In this document: positions 29,497 to 37,786 of the stretch, one piece after another | Position numbering within the stretch: position 1 is the stretch's first letter | Layout: the number at the start of each line of letters is the position of its first letter | Assembly: GCA_046331425.1 (NCBI GenBank) | Contig: JAXLQU010000002.1 | Coordinates: forward strand, 6,398 to 70,397 | Origin: Acidobacteriota bacterium | GTDB lineage: Bacteria; Acidobacteriota; Polarisedimenticolia; J045 | Length of the DNA stretch: 64,000 bases | Direction of reading: 5' to 3' | Translations under genes and position numbers: made by a program | Notes under the pieces: model-generated | What the model saw: the letters and a program-made list of their open reading frames with translations, nothing else | Database searches by the model: none | What the model was told of the DNA's origin: nothing

Positions 29497-31971
29497 ATCT
29501 CCGCGTTCGAAAGAACGCGGCCCCATTGAAGCCCCGTCCACATTCGCGTTGGATAAAGTCTGTGGCGCGGATCTCCGCGTTCGAAAGAACGCGGCCCCAT
29601 TGAAGCTAGGTACAGGTGGTAGTCGTCAGGCACGTTCCAGAATCTCCGCGTTCGAAAGAACGCGGCCCCATGAAGCAAGGCAAACTCGCTGCCGAACGCA
29701 ACCTCGAGGATCATCTCCGCGTTCGAAAGAACGCGGCCCCATTGAAGCGAGTCCTTCTGCGAGAAGCGTGGTGGAGCCCCAACCGGATCTCCGCGTTCGA
29801 AAGAACGCGGCCCATGAAGCGCCGCGACCCCCCACAGCGCTATGCCAGTTATGCCAACATCTCCGCGTTCGAAAGAACGCGGCCCCATTGAAGCGTCGGC
29901 TCCGGGCTGGACGCTGTGCGGAGCAACGGCAGATCTCCGCGTTCGAAGAGAACGCGGCCCCATTGAAGCACGTCGGAGAGGTCGGCAAAGACTCGACGGT
30001 GGTGTATCTCCGCGTTCGAAAGAACGCGGCCCCATTGAAGCGTCTTTCCGCTGGTCGCTGGCTTTCGTCGGCGTCTGGATCTCCGCGTTCGAAAGAACGC
30101 GGCCCCATTGAAGCCCTTCTTCCTTGGCGTCGTGGAGCGTCTCGGCGTCGATCTCCGCGTTCGAAAGAACGCGGCCCCATTGGCTTGATGAAGTTATACT
30201 CGCCCGTGGGATCTACCATGATCTCCGCGTTCGAAAGAACGCGGCCCCATTGAAGCGCATCACCGGACCACGTTGGCAGCGGCAGCTGATCTCCGCGTTC
30301 GAAAGAACGCGGCCCCATTGAAGCTGCAAGGGAGCAGCTCTCACTTGAGTTCAGATGAGTATCTCCGCGTTCGAAAGAACGCGTACTAGCCGACCGGAAT
30401 GCCGGCTATGCAGTGAGTTCTTTCCGATCTCCGCGTTCGAAAGAACGCGGCCCCATTGAAGCCGGCCAGAACTCGACATCGGCGCCGCGCTCGACGCCGA
30501 TCTCCGCGTTCGAAAGAACGCGGCCCCATTGAAGCGGCCCTGCGCCCGGTGAACGCCTGCCAACGGCGGACCATCTCCGCGTTCGAAAGAACGCGCGCCC
30601 CATGCTACTCTTCCTTCGACTCAATCTTCCGCGCCTGACTCGATCTCCGCGTTCGAAAGAACGCGGCCCCATTGAAGCCCGCGATTGGAATGTCCGCTGC
30701 GGTTGGTTCGGCCGATCTCCGCGTTCGAAAGAACGCGGCCCCATTGAAGCGACCGAGAGTTACGCGGTTTTGCGTCGCGGCGCGGTGATCTCCGCGTTCG
30801 AAAGAACGCGGCCCCATTGAAGCTCCTTGTGACGCTCGAGCGCGACGTCGGTCTCGCTATCTCCGCGTTCGAAAGAACGCGGCCCCATTGAAGCTCGCAG
30901 GCCGCCGCCGCCGCAGTCGGACCGGGGACATCTCCGCGTTCGAAAGAACGCGGCCCCATTGAAGCGCGTTGCCGCCGTAGAGCAGGTTGGTGACACCGAG
31001 ATCTCCGCGTTCGAAAGAACGCGGCGGCTCGGAGTCGAGTGATCCACGTACGGATCTCGCTGAACATCTCCGCGTTCGAAAGAACGCGGCCCCATTGAAG
31101 CCCTCCGACGCGGACACCACGAGTCACCGGCGCACCCATCTCCGCGTTCGAAAGAACGCGGCCCCATGAAGCGGACGGTCCCTTCCGAGCAGCAGAAGTG
31201 CTCAGCGACATCTCCGCGTTCGAAAGAACGCGGCCCCATTGAAGCGTCCGGACCATCGATCGTCCGATGGTCGCTCGCGCGATCTCCGCGTTCGAAAGAA
31301 CGCGGCCCCATTGAAGCTGCAACAGGCCAGCGCTCGACGACAAGCCATCGCCAGATCTCCGCGTTCGAAGAACGCGGCCCCATTGAAGCCGGTACTCGGC
31401 GGTGCTGCATACGTCACGGACAGTATCTCCGCGTTCGAAAGAACGCGGCCCCATTGAAGCGCCGCTCACCTGGGAGTGCCCATCGATCACTTCTTCAGAT
31501 CTCCGCGTTCGAAAGAACGCGGCCCCATTGAAGCGTATCGGTACAGGATCACCTCACGATGGAGCGGCGACATCTCCGCGTTCGAAAGAACGCGGCCCCA
31601 TTGAAGCACTGTGCTCCACGCCATCGGATCACCTCACGCCGAGATCTCCGCGTTCGAAAGAACGCGGCCCCATTGAAGCTTCCGTTCTCGTCATGGATAA
31701 TCCTTTGTAACCGTCGATCTCCGCGTTCGAAAGAACGCGGCCCCATTGAAGCCCGCTGATTGCGCGCGCGCTGATACGCCTGCGCGTGTATCTCCGCGTT
31801 CGAAAGAACGCGGCCCCATTGAAGCACCGCTCCGCCGCCGCGGGATGCAGTGCCGTTCCCGGTATCTCCGCGTTCGAAAGAACGCGGCCCCATTGAAGCG
31901 CGCTCTAGATCGTCCATGACCAGAGCGTAGTCCTCATCTCCGCGTTCGAAAGAACGCGGGTGCCGTCTCTT
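29497..31971 (+). CRISPR. CRISPR array: 35 repeats (36 nt), 34 spacers (33-47 nt, mostly 35-38)
   Basis: Consensus ATCTCCGCGTTCGAAAGAACGCGGCCCCATTGAAGC with internal perfect 8-bp stem CCGCGTTC/GAACGCGG plus GAAA loop. 3' end ATTGAAGC resembles the I-C/I-U ATTGAAAC handle. Repeat starts at 29497, 29571, 29642 ... 31936. Terminal repeat (31936) diverges after 24 nt. Repeats at 30361, 30583 and 31001 lack the 3' third. Others carry 1-nt indels. Confidence 0.95.
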
Positions 31972-32168
31972 CCTTGCCATCAGTTCCTCCCTCAGGGGAG
32001 GGACTCTTCACGATTAGAGTGTCAACTCAAACAAGGGGGACGGGGTACCACAGGCCATACAGGCTCTGCTGCAATCATCACTTCCAAGCTCAATCGCAAG
32101 CACCAAGACGAACCGACCTGACCCGGAGCCGTAGCCAAAACGAGAAGACCGTCGCTTCGCTCCGACAG

Positions 32169-32202
32169 GTGATCACGATCAAACGGGAGCAGTGATCACG
32201 AT
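32169..32202 (+). promoter_or_regulatory. Direct repeat GTGATCACGAT x2 (each with TGATCA palindrome) upstream of the HTH/cas3 unit; candidate operator
   Basis: GTGATCACGATcaaacgggagcaGTGATCACGAT, 27-60 nt upstream of the ATG at 32229, in a locally GC-poor segment. Confidence 0.3.
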
Positions 32203-32228
32203 GACCGGAATCGCCATCGTGAGTTAGA

Positions 32229-32423
32229 ATGCCTGCGGAAATCCTGACCATCGAGGAGGTCGCCACGTTACTTAGACCCGCAGCGAAGTCCATCGATGCC
32301 TTTGTCCAGGCCGGCAAGGTTGCGGCGTTCAAGCTGTGGGGGCACTAGCGCATCAGACGCACCGAACTTGATCGGTGGGTAGACGCGCAGCCGCGCGATA
32401 GGGGGGGTGGTCGTGGCGAGTAA
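32229..32423 (+). pseudogene. Excisionase/MerR-like HTH mini-ORF interrupted by an in-frame amber codon at the conserved Trp position (or a readthrough gene)
   Basis: MPAEILTIEEVATLLRPAAKSIDAFVQAGKVAAFKLWGH-TAG-RIRRTELDRWVDAQPRD. Matches the HTH_17 pattern (LTxxEVAxLL...GxWRIRRxDLDxW) with TAG where W is expected. The ORF ends overlapping the cas3 start. Confidence 0.45.
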
Positions 32424-35400
32424 GAAGGCGCCAGCTTCTGTCTCGGATGCGGGTGACCCGCAGGCGGTGGACTGGCTCCGGGGTGCGCTCGGACTCAATG
32501 CAACGCAAGCGCCGTTTCCATGGCAGGTCGAGCTGCTTCGACGTTTTCTCCAAGACGAAGCTGTTTCTTCTATCGACATCCCTACGGGCCTCGGAAAGAC
32601 GGCCGTCATGGCCGTGTGGCTCGTCGCGCGAACACTCGGAGCAGCGCTGCCGCGACGCCTCGTCTACGTCGTCGATCGTCGGGCAGTTGTCGATCAAGCG
32701 ACCGAAGTCGCCGAAGCACTCAGCGCCTGGGTGGCGAAAGAGCCCCGTGTCGCAGACGCCCTGGGTCTTGACGATCGCCCTCTGCCCATCTCGACGCTGC
32801 GTGGCCAACATGTCGACAACCGCGCATGGCTTGAGGACCCATCGTCGCCCGCGATCATCGTCGGCACCGTCGACATGGTGGGCTCTCGGCTTCTCTTCTC
32901 GGGCTACGGCGTCTCCCCGAAGATGCGTCCCTACCATGCAGGGCTCCTCGGCGCGGACGCGCTCGTCGTTCTCGACGAGGCCCACTTGGTCCCTGCGTTC
33001 GAAGATCTCCTTCGACAGATCGAGCGTGGAACCGACACGTTCGGGCCGAAGGAACTCTCCCTTCGCGCGCTGATCCCGCCGTTCAGACTACTTCCGCTCT
33101 CGGCCACAGGACGCCAGACCGACGCTACGACGCTGACTCTCTCCGACGACGATCGAAGAGACGAGATCGTCAAGCAGCGTCTGACCGCGAAGAAGAAGCT
33201 GAGCACCGTAGATATCACCAACGCCGCGGAAGCCACCGCCACCCCGGCTGACGTCAAGAATGCTGACGATGCAGACGAGGCGACCAGGAGGAACGAGGGC
33301 CACAAGCTTGCCGGTGTTATCGCTAGGCAGGCATGGGAGTTGACGAAGCAAGGCTCGGCACGGGTGCGTTGCCTCGTGTTCTGTAACGCGCGCAAGGACG
33401 CAACCGTTGTCGCTGCCGAACTACGCAACCTGGCGAAGTCGGCCACCGGGCTCGAGCCCACCATCGAGCTCTTCGTCGGCGGACGCCGCGTGAAAGAGCG
33501 CACCCAAGCGCGCGATGCTCTCGCCCGACTCGGCTTCCTCGCGGGCAAAGCGGTGAACTTGGAGCGCTCGGCCTTTCTGATCGCAACGTCGGCCGGAGAG
33601 GTCGGAGTGGACCTCGACGCAGACCACATGGTCTGTGACCTCGTCGCGTGGGAGCGCATGGTCCAGCGCCTCGGCCGGGTGAACCGGCGAGGTGATGGAG
33701 ATGCGAATGTCATCGTCGTGGTGGACAGCGAGCCCGCGCCCTCTGACACCACGACGAAGGCCCTCGAGAAGAGGGAGGTTTCCAACGACGCGAAGGGACA
33801 ACTCGATGAGTTGACGAAGGAGCTTAACGCACTCCAGGATGCGAAAGCCTCCGTTCCGAAAGGCCAGAAGAAATCTGCCGACGCCAAAGCTGCCGAGGAG
33901 AAGCGCAGGCAAGCCGAGAAGGACCTGAAGAAGTCGATTTCCGCGTGTCAGAAGCGCATCAATGCTTTCAAGGACGCGGATGCGAAGGTCGTGGCGCGCC
34001 ATGAGGCCGCGGCTGCGCAACATCACGCCCTTCGCGCGTTGCTCACGGCGGTCGGAGAGAAGGGTAGCCTGAGCCCTGACGCCCTACTTACGCTGCGTGA
34101 CCGCCTAGACCTCGCCGATGCACTGCGCGCCGCAACGACGGTCGAGCCGCTTCGGCCCGAGCTGACGCGCCCGCTGGTCGAGGCGTGGTCGATGACTTCG
34201 CTTGACGAGCACCCGGGACGGCCTGCGGTCGATCCGTGGTTGCGCGGCTTTCGTCCGAACGATCTGCCACAGACCACGGTTGTCTGGCGACGACATCTGC
34301 CCGTGCGGGCTGACGGCTCCTTCGACGTGAAGGCGGCAAAGCAATTCTTCGAGGCTGCACCTCCTCATACGAGCGAGCAACTCGAGACTGAGACGCACCT
34401 CGTGCTCGAGTGGCTCATCAAACGCGCAGCGGCCACTAGCAAGGCCCCGGGCGATGTGGTGTTGCAGGGTGCGCAGAGGGTCGTCGCGATCGCCCTCGGA
34501 GGGCGCGGCGAGCCGAAAGGGTGGCGCACCCTCAGCGAGATCACCTTCGCGAAGAGCCAAGGCAAAAACGAGAACAATGAGGCTAAGAAGGCTCGCGAGC
34601 AACGCGTGAAGGAACTCGAAAAGCTCTTGGTCGGAGCGACGCTAATCATCGACGCGCGCCTTGGAGGACTCACTGACGGCCTCCTGAGCGAACAGACCGA
34701 CACGACCGCGGAAGCCTCGGACGATGGCTCGTCGATGTGGCTCGGTCGCCCTGACGTTGCGGGTGTGCCCGTGACGGGGTTCCGCATCCGTGTATTGGGT
34801 GCTAACGAAGAGGACCAGTCAGCGTGGCGAACGACGCCAGGAACCGGATGGGGACGACGCCATTTGTTTGTTACGAACGTAGCGGACGGTGAGCCATCTG
34901 CGGCGCTAGTGATCGAGGGGTGGTCGGGCGACGCCGCGACGGAAGATGAGCGCGCTGAAGCAAACCGTCCACAGCAACTCAATGAGCACCAGAGCTGGGC
35001 TGAAGGCTGCGCGAGGCAGATAGCCCAGCGTCTTGGCATCGAGAAGGATCCTTGCGCGGATCTCATCGCTTTCGCAGCTCGTCATCATGACGAAGGAAAG
35101 CGCGCCGCGTGGTGGCAGCGTGCGTTCAAGGCCCCCATCGATGGTCGCCCTTACGCGAAGACGAAGGGGCCGATCGACTTCGACCTCCTCGACGGCTATC
35201 GACACGAGTTGGGCTCGCTGCCGTACGTGGAGGCCCACGACGACTTCAAGGCGCTCGGCGCGGACGACCAAGATTTCGTTCTCCATCTCGTAGCGGCGCA
35301 TCATGGTTTCGCCAGACCCATGATCGGCACGAGCGGCTGCGACGATGCGCCACCGTCGATTGTCGAGGAGCGTGCGCGGGCGGTCGCGCTTCGATTCGCG

Positions 35401-35523
35401 AGGCTCTCGAGGCGATGGGGGCCGTGGGGGCTCGCATGGTGGGAGGCGCTGCTCCGCGCGGCAGACCAGACCGCGTCGCGCCGCAACCAGCGGACAGCGA
35501 CAGCGCGGAAGGATCTGCCGTGA
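32407..35523 (+). CDS. cas3: Cas3 helicase with C-terminal HD nuclease domain (I-G/I-U architecture)
   Basis: GTG start. Walker A IPTGLGKTAV. DEAH box VVLDEAHL. C-terminal HD motifs AARHHDEGK ... HLVAAHHGF. Confidence 0.9.
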   Translation: MVVASKKAPASVSDAGDPQAVDWLRGALGLNATQAPFPWQVELLRRFLQDEAVSSIDIPTGLGKTAVMAVWLVARTLGAALPRRLVYVVDRRAVVDQATEVAEALSAWVAKEPRVADALGLDDRPLPISTLRGQHVDNRAWLEDPSSPAIIVGTVDMVGSRLLFSGYGVSPKMRPYHAGLLGADALVVLDEAHLVPAFEDLLRQIERGTDTFGPKELSLRALIPPFRLLPLSATGRQTDATTLTLSDDDRRDEIVKQRLTAKKKLSTVDITNAAEATATPADVKNADDADEATRRNEGHKLAGVIARQAWELTKQGSARVRCLVFCNARKDATVVAAELRNLAKSATGLEPTIELFVGGRRVKERTQARDALARLGFLAGKAVNLERSAFLIATSAGEVGVDLDADHMVCDLVAWERMVQRLGRVNRRGDGDANVIVVVDSEPAPSDTTTKALEKREVSNDAKGQLDELTKELNALQDAKASVPKGQKKSADAKAAEEKRRQAEKDLKKSISACQKRINAFKDADAKVVARHEAAAAQHHALRALLTAVGEKGSLSPDALLTLRDRLDLADALRAATTVEPLRPELTRPLVEAWSMTSLDEHPGRPAVDPWLRGFRPNDLPQTTVVWRRHLPVRADGSFDVKAAKQFFEAAPPHTSEQLETETHLVLEWLIKRAAATSKAPGDVVLQGAQRVVAIALGGRGEPKGWRTLSEITFAKSQGKNENNEAKKAREQRVKELEKLLVGATLIIDARLGGLTDGLLSEQTDTTAEASDDGSSMWLGRPDVAGVPVTGFRIRVLGANEEDQSAWRTTPGTGWGRRHLFVTNVADGEPSAALVIEGWSGDAATEDERAEANRPQQLNEHQSWAEGCARQIAQRLGIEKDPCADLIAFAARHHDEGKRAAWWQRAFKAPIDGRPYAKTKGPIDFDLLDGYRHELGSLPYVEAHDDFKALGADDQDFVLHLVAAHHGFARPMIGTSGCDDAPPSIVEERARAVALRFARLSRRWGPWGLAWWEALLRAADQTASRRNQRTATARKDLP

Positions 35524-36497
35524 TGACACATACGACTGCATCCATCCCCGTCGACCTCAAGAGCCCGGGTCAGGTGCTCGCCTGCGTGGGCTTCATCGAG
35601 GCGGCAGAAGTACTGCTGGGCGGGGTCGAGGCGCATTTTGATTGGAGCGACGCGCAAGCGAAGTTCGTGCTTCGCGCTGACGGTAACGAAAACCCGTTCG
35701 AGGTCGTCCTTGAGTTCTTGTCGAAGGCGAAGATCAGCGAACTGACGCCCGTTGGCTACGTCGAGGGTGGTGCAGCCGACGGTGACGACAGTGAAGAGGA
35801 AGACGCCACGCCCAGCGAACCTGAAGACGGTGATGAGTCCGACGACGACCCGGGCGAGGTGCTAGGGCGCGTCACGACCCCAGCATTTCCTTTGGGCGAA
35901 GGCGACCGGAATGCACTTCCCGTCCAGCTCGTGCACGAAGGACGTTGCCTCACCGTCAGTCATTGGGCCGACGGCTCGTCGCGGGACGACTTCAAGCTTT
36001 ACTCGGGCAACCGCTCGGCCAATCGCATCGCTACGCAGATGCTCCAAGGTGTGCGTGCGAAGCTCAAGAAGAACCAGTCGAGCGGTGACCTCAAAAATCG
36101 AGGGTTGCAGCAGCTTTGGCGGGAGAACCGAGCGGCGCTCCTGAAGGCACCGTTCGACTTGGTCACGCCGATGGGCGGTAGCTTCAACTTCGATCCACGC
36201 GGCGCCTGGACCGCGATCGACGCGGGCTACTCACCAAACACGCAGAAAGACGGCATCGCGGCCTCGCCGGTTGTCGAGATCCTGGCAGCGATCGGGCTCG
36301 AACACGCGCGCCCTGACCAATACGAGACTCGCGAGGTTCGTTACGCAGTCTGGGGACAGCCGTTGCCGCCAATGCTCGCGCGCGCTGCGCTTGCAGGCGC
36401 CGGTGTGAAGCTGTCGGTGCGCCGGTTCCAGTTCGAGCTCGATCTCTCCGGCAAGAACAAAGTCACGACGTTCGCACAAGAGGAGACCCAACCATGA
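35523..36497 (+). CDS. Putative Cascade subunit 1 (about 324 aa; Csb/Cas7- or Cas11/Cas8u-like, unassigned), acidic low-complexity insert
   Basis: ATG overlaps the cas3 stop (TGATG). Start MTHTTASIPVDLKSPGQVLACVGFIEAAEVL. Acidic tract GGAADGDDSEEEDATPSEPEDGDESDDDPGE. G-rich segment PMGGSFNFDPRGAW. No confident family motif recognised. Confidence 0.5.
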   Translation: MTHTTASIPVDLKSPGQVLACVGFIEAAEVLLGGVEAHFDWSDAQAKFVLRADGNENPFEVVLEFLSKAKISELTPVGYVEGGAADGDDSEEEDATPSEPEDGDESDDDPGEVLGRVTTPAFPLGEGDRNALPVQLVHEGRCLTVSHWADGSSRDDFKLYSGNRSANRIATQMLQGVRAKLKKNQSSGDLKNRGLQQLWRENRAALLKAPFDLVTPMGGSFNFDPRGAWTAIDAGYSPNTQKDGIAASPVVEILAAIGLEHARPDQYETREVRYAVWGQPLPPMLARAALAGAGVKLSVRRFQFELDLSGKNKVTTFAQEETQP

Positions 36498-37786
36498 CAT
36501 CGAAGGCCGCAGAAACCACCACTCCGTCGTTGAGCGAGGAGACCACCAAGCTCTTCGATTCTTGGCTCGCCAGCGAGGGGCCAGTTGCTCTCCGTCTGCG
36601 CCAGAAGCTCCGCCCCGTCGAGGCTGATGAGAGCGGTCGCGGCGTCATCTTCCCGCCGACCTATGCCGACATCGGCTACAACATCGATACGCTCGCGGAC
36701 GGAACGCGCGTCGCGACGATCGACACGGTCGGCTCGCAGGCTAACCGTCTGGAGCCGATCTTCAAGAAGGCAGGTGAGGGGCAGCCCGAGAATCCGCTTG
36801 CGAGCCTCGTTCCGCAGATCGAGATCGTCTTGCACAAGGCCGGTGGCAAGAAGGGAAAGAAGAAGGAGACCGACGCGGCGGGCGAGGCCGACGCAACTGA
36901 GCACGTCGAGAAGCGTTCGCTCCTCGACCTCGCGCACCGCAGTGCGGACGCCGTCGTGCTCGCGAGCCCGACGCTTGCGCCTGAGATCGCCAAGGCATTC
37001 GAGGCACTGCGCAGCAAGGGGAACGCGGCTCCGCTCGCAGCCATCGCGCCGACCTCGCTGGTCTTTGGTGTGTGGGATTCGCGTGGCGGTACCGGCGAGA
37101 AACGACCTCGCTTGGTTCGCTCGATCATCCGCGCCTGGGACGTCGAGGTCCTTCACAGCGCCGCACAGTTCAACTCGGTGTGGAAGGCCCTGAGTGAGGA
37201 GCAGCAGAAGGAGCTCGCTGACGAGGAGAAGAAGAAGGGGAAGCTGGAGCTGTCGGCGGTCGGCCTGAAGGACGCTCCATCCACCTTTCGAAAGACCGAC
37301 AAGATCCCGCAGTTCGTCGCGGGGGCCCCGAACCCAGAAGCGCGCGTACTCGGTGGTGTCCTCGCGAAGGGGGCCATCGAACGCGACGTCACGATCAACC
37401 TCGTCGCGCTCCGTGGCATCCGTGGCAAGGACGCCGCCGAGACGACCGAGGTTCAGAAGTACCTATTGGGTCTCGCCCTTCTAGCGGCCACGGTCGACCT
37501 TGAGTTGTTCCTCCGCGAGGGATGCCTGCTCCGTTACGCGGACCAGGCGGACAAGTGGACGGCGGTACCACGCCGCGGTGAGCCTGGCGACGCAGACCAG
37601 GTGACGCTCCCAAAGGATCTCGTCGCCTATGCGACGGCGGCAGCCGCACCGTTCAAGGCGAAGTGGCCTGATGGGCTGAAGAAGGACGGCGCCCCCGTCC
37701 TCGAGCATGAGTTCGACATAAAGAAGGCAAAGGAGCTGCTCGCGAAGAAGAAGGACGACGAGACACCGGCGACCCCCCCGGCATGA
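36494..37786 (+). CDS. Putative Cascade subunit 2 (430 aa; Cas7-like backbone candidate), Lys-rich insert
   Basis: ATGA overlap with the upstream gene. TIDTVGSQANRLEPIF and SLVFGVWDSRGGTGEKRPRLVRSIIRAWD recall Cas7 RNA-binding loops. K-rich insert GGKKGKKKETD. Assignment tentative. Confidence 0.5.
   Translation: MTSKAAETTTPSLSEETTKLFDSWLASEGPVALRLRQKLRPVEADESGRGVIFPPTYADIGYNIDTLADGTRVATIDTVGSQANRLEPIFKKAGEGQPENPLASLVPQIEIVLHKAGGKKGKKKETDAAGEADATEHVEKRSLLDLAHRSADAVVLASPTLAPEIAKAFEALRSKGNAAPLAAIAPTSLVFGVWDSRGGTGEKRPRLVRSIIRAWDVEVLHSAAQFNSVWKALSEEQQKELADEEKKKGKLELSAVGLKDAPSTFRKTDKIPQFVAGAPNPEARVLGGVLAKGAIERDVTINLVALRGIRGKDAAETTEVQKYLLGLALLAATVDLELFLREGCLLRYADQADKWTAVPRRGEPGDADQVTLPKDLVAYATAAAAPFKAKWPDGLKKDGAPVLEHEFDIKKAKELLAKKKDDETPATPPA

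Noticed and set aside
29180-31980. Numerous ORFs on both strands across 29.2-32.0 kb (for example 357 aa at 29180..30253, 289 aa at 30621..31490)
   Set aside because: They read through CRISPR repeats (recurring SAFERTRPH / GPRSFERGD peptides) and are artefacts of the repeat periodicity.
32447-33073. 208-aa plus-strand ORF and 210-aa minus-strand ORF inside cas3
   Set aside because: Alternate-frame or antisense of the Cas3 helicase domain, which has clear Walker A and DEAH motifs.
35109-35523. 5' extension of the effector-1 ORF into cas3 (track ORF 35109..36497)
   Set aside because: The extension lies in an alternate frame of the cas3 HD domain. ATG at 35523 overlapping the cas3 stop (TGATG) is the parsimonious start.
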